Virus record (IMG/VR): IMGVR_UViG_3300024286_000006
Span: 1 to 47,398 of that record
Length of the DNA stretch: 47,398 nucleotides
Strand: one strand, 5' to 3'
From: a virus
Taxonomy: Duplodnaviria; Caudoviricetes
Numbering within the stretch: the stretch's first letter is position 1; each line of letters begins with the position of its first letter. Below the pieces are notes generated by a model that made no database searches, was not told the DNA's origin, and saw nothing but the letters and a program-made list of their open reading frames with translations. A program made the position numbers and the translations under genes. Shown piece by piece: positions 45,554 through 47,398 of this stretch.

Positions 45554-46034
45554 CCTCATCGAGAAGCTAGATTTCTCAGAAGAGAACGTTATCCAGGCGA
45601 ATCGAGAACAAGCAACTTTGTATTTGGAAGCGTCACGTTACCGAGTTAAGAAAATGCGTGGACGGATTCGTGCAGAATCAAAGTTTGAAGCAGCCAAGAC
45701 TGAGGCTGCGATGATCTTGCGGCAGAAAAAACGGTCTGGGGAGAAAGGAAGTATAACTGAGGGATACATTAAAGATCGCGTTGCTACCAACCCACACGTC
45801 CATAGTGCGAAGCGAAAGTTTGAGGATGCTGTGGCCTACGAAGAAATGGCCAAGCTGTTACTTGAAACATACAGACAGCGTGGTCGTGCAATCCAGACGC
45901 TGGCGGAGATTCTAGGGGCCGAAGCCCATGCCCAGGCTCGCCAGGCGCGCAGGGATATTGAAGAGGCAGGACTGGATCAATTGAGGCGTCAAGTGAAACG
46001 ACGCTTTGAGGCAAGGAGAGAACGTGATGAGTAG
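45507..46034 (+). CDS. Helical protein, possibly UvsY-like recombination mediator
   Basis: All-helical; ITEGYIKDRV motif; close to the SSB gene; GAGG RBS before MNRMEELL. Confidence 0.45.
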   Translation: MNRMEELLSQPVNLDDLIEKLDFSEENVIQANREQATLYLEASRYRVKKMRGRIRAESKFEAAKTEAAMILRQKKRSGEKGSITEGYIKDRVATNPHVHSAKRKFEDAVAYEEMAKLLLETYRQRGRAIQTLAEILGAEAHAQARQARRDIEEAGLDQLRRQVKRRFEARRERDE

Positions 46035-46260
46035 TTTTTGGTTGGCGATGGCATATAACGCAATGTTTCTTATGGATGTGCTAATCATAACTGCACTATC
46101 GACAAGCGTGATTCGGGTTCTTTCAAACAGTTTTGTGGAGTCCATGACAGCCGCTGCTGTTGTTTGGTATAAAGAACGGTTGAACTTCATCGAGCAGTTG
46201 GGTGAGGCGAAAGTGGATGACGCAGAGGATGGACCGGAAGGTAAGAAGAACGTACATTAG
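46027..46260 (+). CDS. Small membrane protein
   Basis: AAGGAG RBS; hydrophobic N-terminus. Confidence 0.55.
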   Translation: MSSFWLAMAYNAMFLMDVLIITALSTSVIRVLSNSFVESMTAAAVVWYKERLNFIEQLGEAKVDDAEDGPEGKKNVH

Positions 46261-46273
46261 AGGAGGACTGGTA

Positions 46274-47398
46274 ATGAGTGATTGGCGTCAAGAAGCGGCT
46301 GACCGTTTGAAAGAAAAGACAAGCAAAGGCCGTTTCAAACTTGTAGAGGGTGACAACACGATCCGCATCTTACCGCGGGTCAAATCAAAGAAGACAACTC
46401 CGTATTTGGAGTATCTCGTTCACCGCGACGTTGGACCGAACAAACGGTTCCTTCGCTGCGGGCATGCTATTCATGGCGAAGGTGAGTGCTGGCTGTGCGA
46501 CAAAGCAGCCAAGCTAGCCAAATCAGACAGCAAGACTAAACAGAAGATCGCTGCGGCATTGCAGCCCAAAGAACAGTTTGTAGTGCAAATTGCCGTTGTC
46601 CAACCAGACAGTGGCAAGATGCGTGGCCCGTATCTGTGGACAGTGTCTACAGGCGGCAAGAAAAGTTTGGCGATGCGTTTGCTAGGTGTGTTGAAAAACC
46701 CGAAGAAGGATTGCATTGACCCGAAGCGGGGATACAACTTGAATATCGAGCGAACTGGCACTCAGCTTGATACAACGTACACCACACCGATTGTAGACGA
46801 AGAACCGTCAAAAGTCCCGAGCAAAATCCTAGATCGTTGCAAGGGATTCAACGAACTTATCCCGCCCTACTCCGAAGAGCAACAGAAGGCTGCTTACTTT
46901 GGGCAAGATTCGCGGGATGGAGAGGACGAGGCGATGGCAACGAAGAAAAAGCGGCGTGAAGAAGAGGATGAGGAGGACGAGACACCGAAGAAGAAAAAGA
47001 AACACGGTCGCGATGAAGAGGACGAAGACGAGTCTGAGGACGAGGAAGAAGAGGAAGAGGACGACACCGAATCCGAAGACGAGGAAGACGAAGACGAGTC
47101 ACCAAAGAAGAAAAAGAAAAAGAAGTCTGGTGACGAAGAGGACGAAGACGAAGAGGAAGAGTCTGAGGACGAGGAAGACGAAGACGAGTCGCCCAAGAAG
47201 AAAAAGAAAAAGAAGGGCGCCGAGGAAGAGGACGAGGAAGAAGACGAAGAGGAAGAGGACGAGTCCGAAGAGGACGACACTGAAGAGGAAGACGAAGACG
47301 AGACGCCGAAGAAGAAAAAGAAAAAGCCGGCGGATGAAGACGAAGAGGAAGAGGACGAAGAGGAGGAGCCTGAGGAAGAGGACGAAGAGGAGACACCC
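46274..47398 (+). CDS. gp32-like single-stranded DNA-binding protein with long acidic/poly-Lys tail (3' partial; absent from ORF track)
   Basis: AGGAGG RBS; MSDWRQ...FKLVEGDNTIRILP...H...C...CWLC...DPKRGYNLNIERTG..LDTTY, matching gp32-like SSB motifs; frame open to the window end. Confidence 0.8.
   Translation, partial: MSDWRQEAADRLKEKTSKGRFKLVEGDNTIRILPRVKSKKTTPYLEYLVHRDVGPNKRFLRCGHAIHGEGECWLCDKAAKLAKSDSKTKQKIAAALQPKEQFVVQIAVVQPDSGKMRGPYLWTVSTGGKKSLAMRLLGVLKNPKKDCIDPKRGYNLNIERTGTQLDTTYTTPIVDEEPSKVPSKILDRCKGFNELIPPYSEEQQKAAYFGQDSRDGEDEAMATKKKRREEEDEEDETPKKKKKHGRDEEDEDESEDEEEEEEDDTESEDEEDEDESPKKKKKKKSGDEEDEDEEEESEDEEDEDESPKKKKKKKGAEEEDEEEDEEEEDESEEDDTEEEDEDETPKKKKKKPADEDEEEEDEEEEPEEEDEEETP
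46934..47398 (+). repeat. Purine-rich low-complexity coding repeats (D/E blocks alternating with (S/T)PKKKKK)
   Basis: gacgaggaagacgaagacgagtc-cc-aagaagaaaaagaaaaagaag recurs at ~47078 and ~47168, with a related copy at ~47285. Confidence 0.85.

Noticed and set aside
46857-47396. Minus-strand poly-Ser/Phe and Arg/Leu/Pro ORFs
   Set aside because: Antisense shadows of the SSB acidic/poly-Lys tail; the real gene is the unlisted + strand ORF from 46274
1261-47398. Impression that GATC/TCGA sites are frequent (no restriction-site avoidance, consistent with modified DNA)
   Set aside because: Cannot be quantified by eye; needs observed/expected tetranucleotide counts

Overview
About 47 kb of a large tailed dsDNA phage genome. 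The layout is siphovirus-type (tail tube, no sheath gene seen, ~1970-aa tape measure), and essentially all credible genes are on the + strand. Order: (1) a non-coding array at 1-1230 that runs off the left edge, built from variable-triplet NNN-GT pentamers punctuated about every 26 nt by an NNN-GGT hexamer (~47 units by hand count); this is the best candidate for an unusual guide-like RNA system; (2) small early/accessory genes, including an Flp (type IVb) pilin absent from the ORF track; (3) portal, protease/scaffold, capsid, neck, tail tube, -1 frameshifting chaperone, tape measure, hub, beta-helix tailspike and a LamG-like protein; (4) a replication/modification block: SF2 helicase, DnaB-like helicase, primase, 5'-3' exonuclease, sigma-like factor, dpdA-folE-queD 7-deazaguanine genes, beta-clamp-like protein, UDG-PolA fusion, and a gp32-like SSB with a very long acidic/poly-Lys tail (truncated by the right edge). 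No terminase, lysin, integrase, tRNA or CRISPR array was recognised. All calls come from reading motifs and synteny by eye; no database searches were run. An Acidobacteriota host is a tentative inference from the pilin leader.
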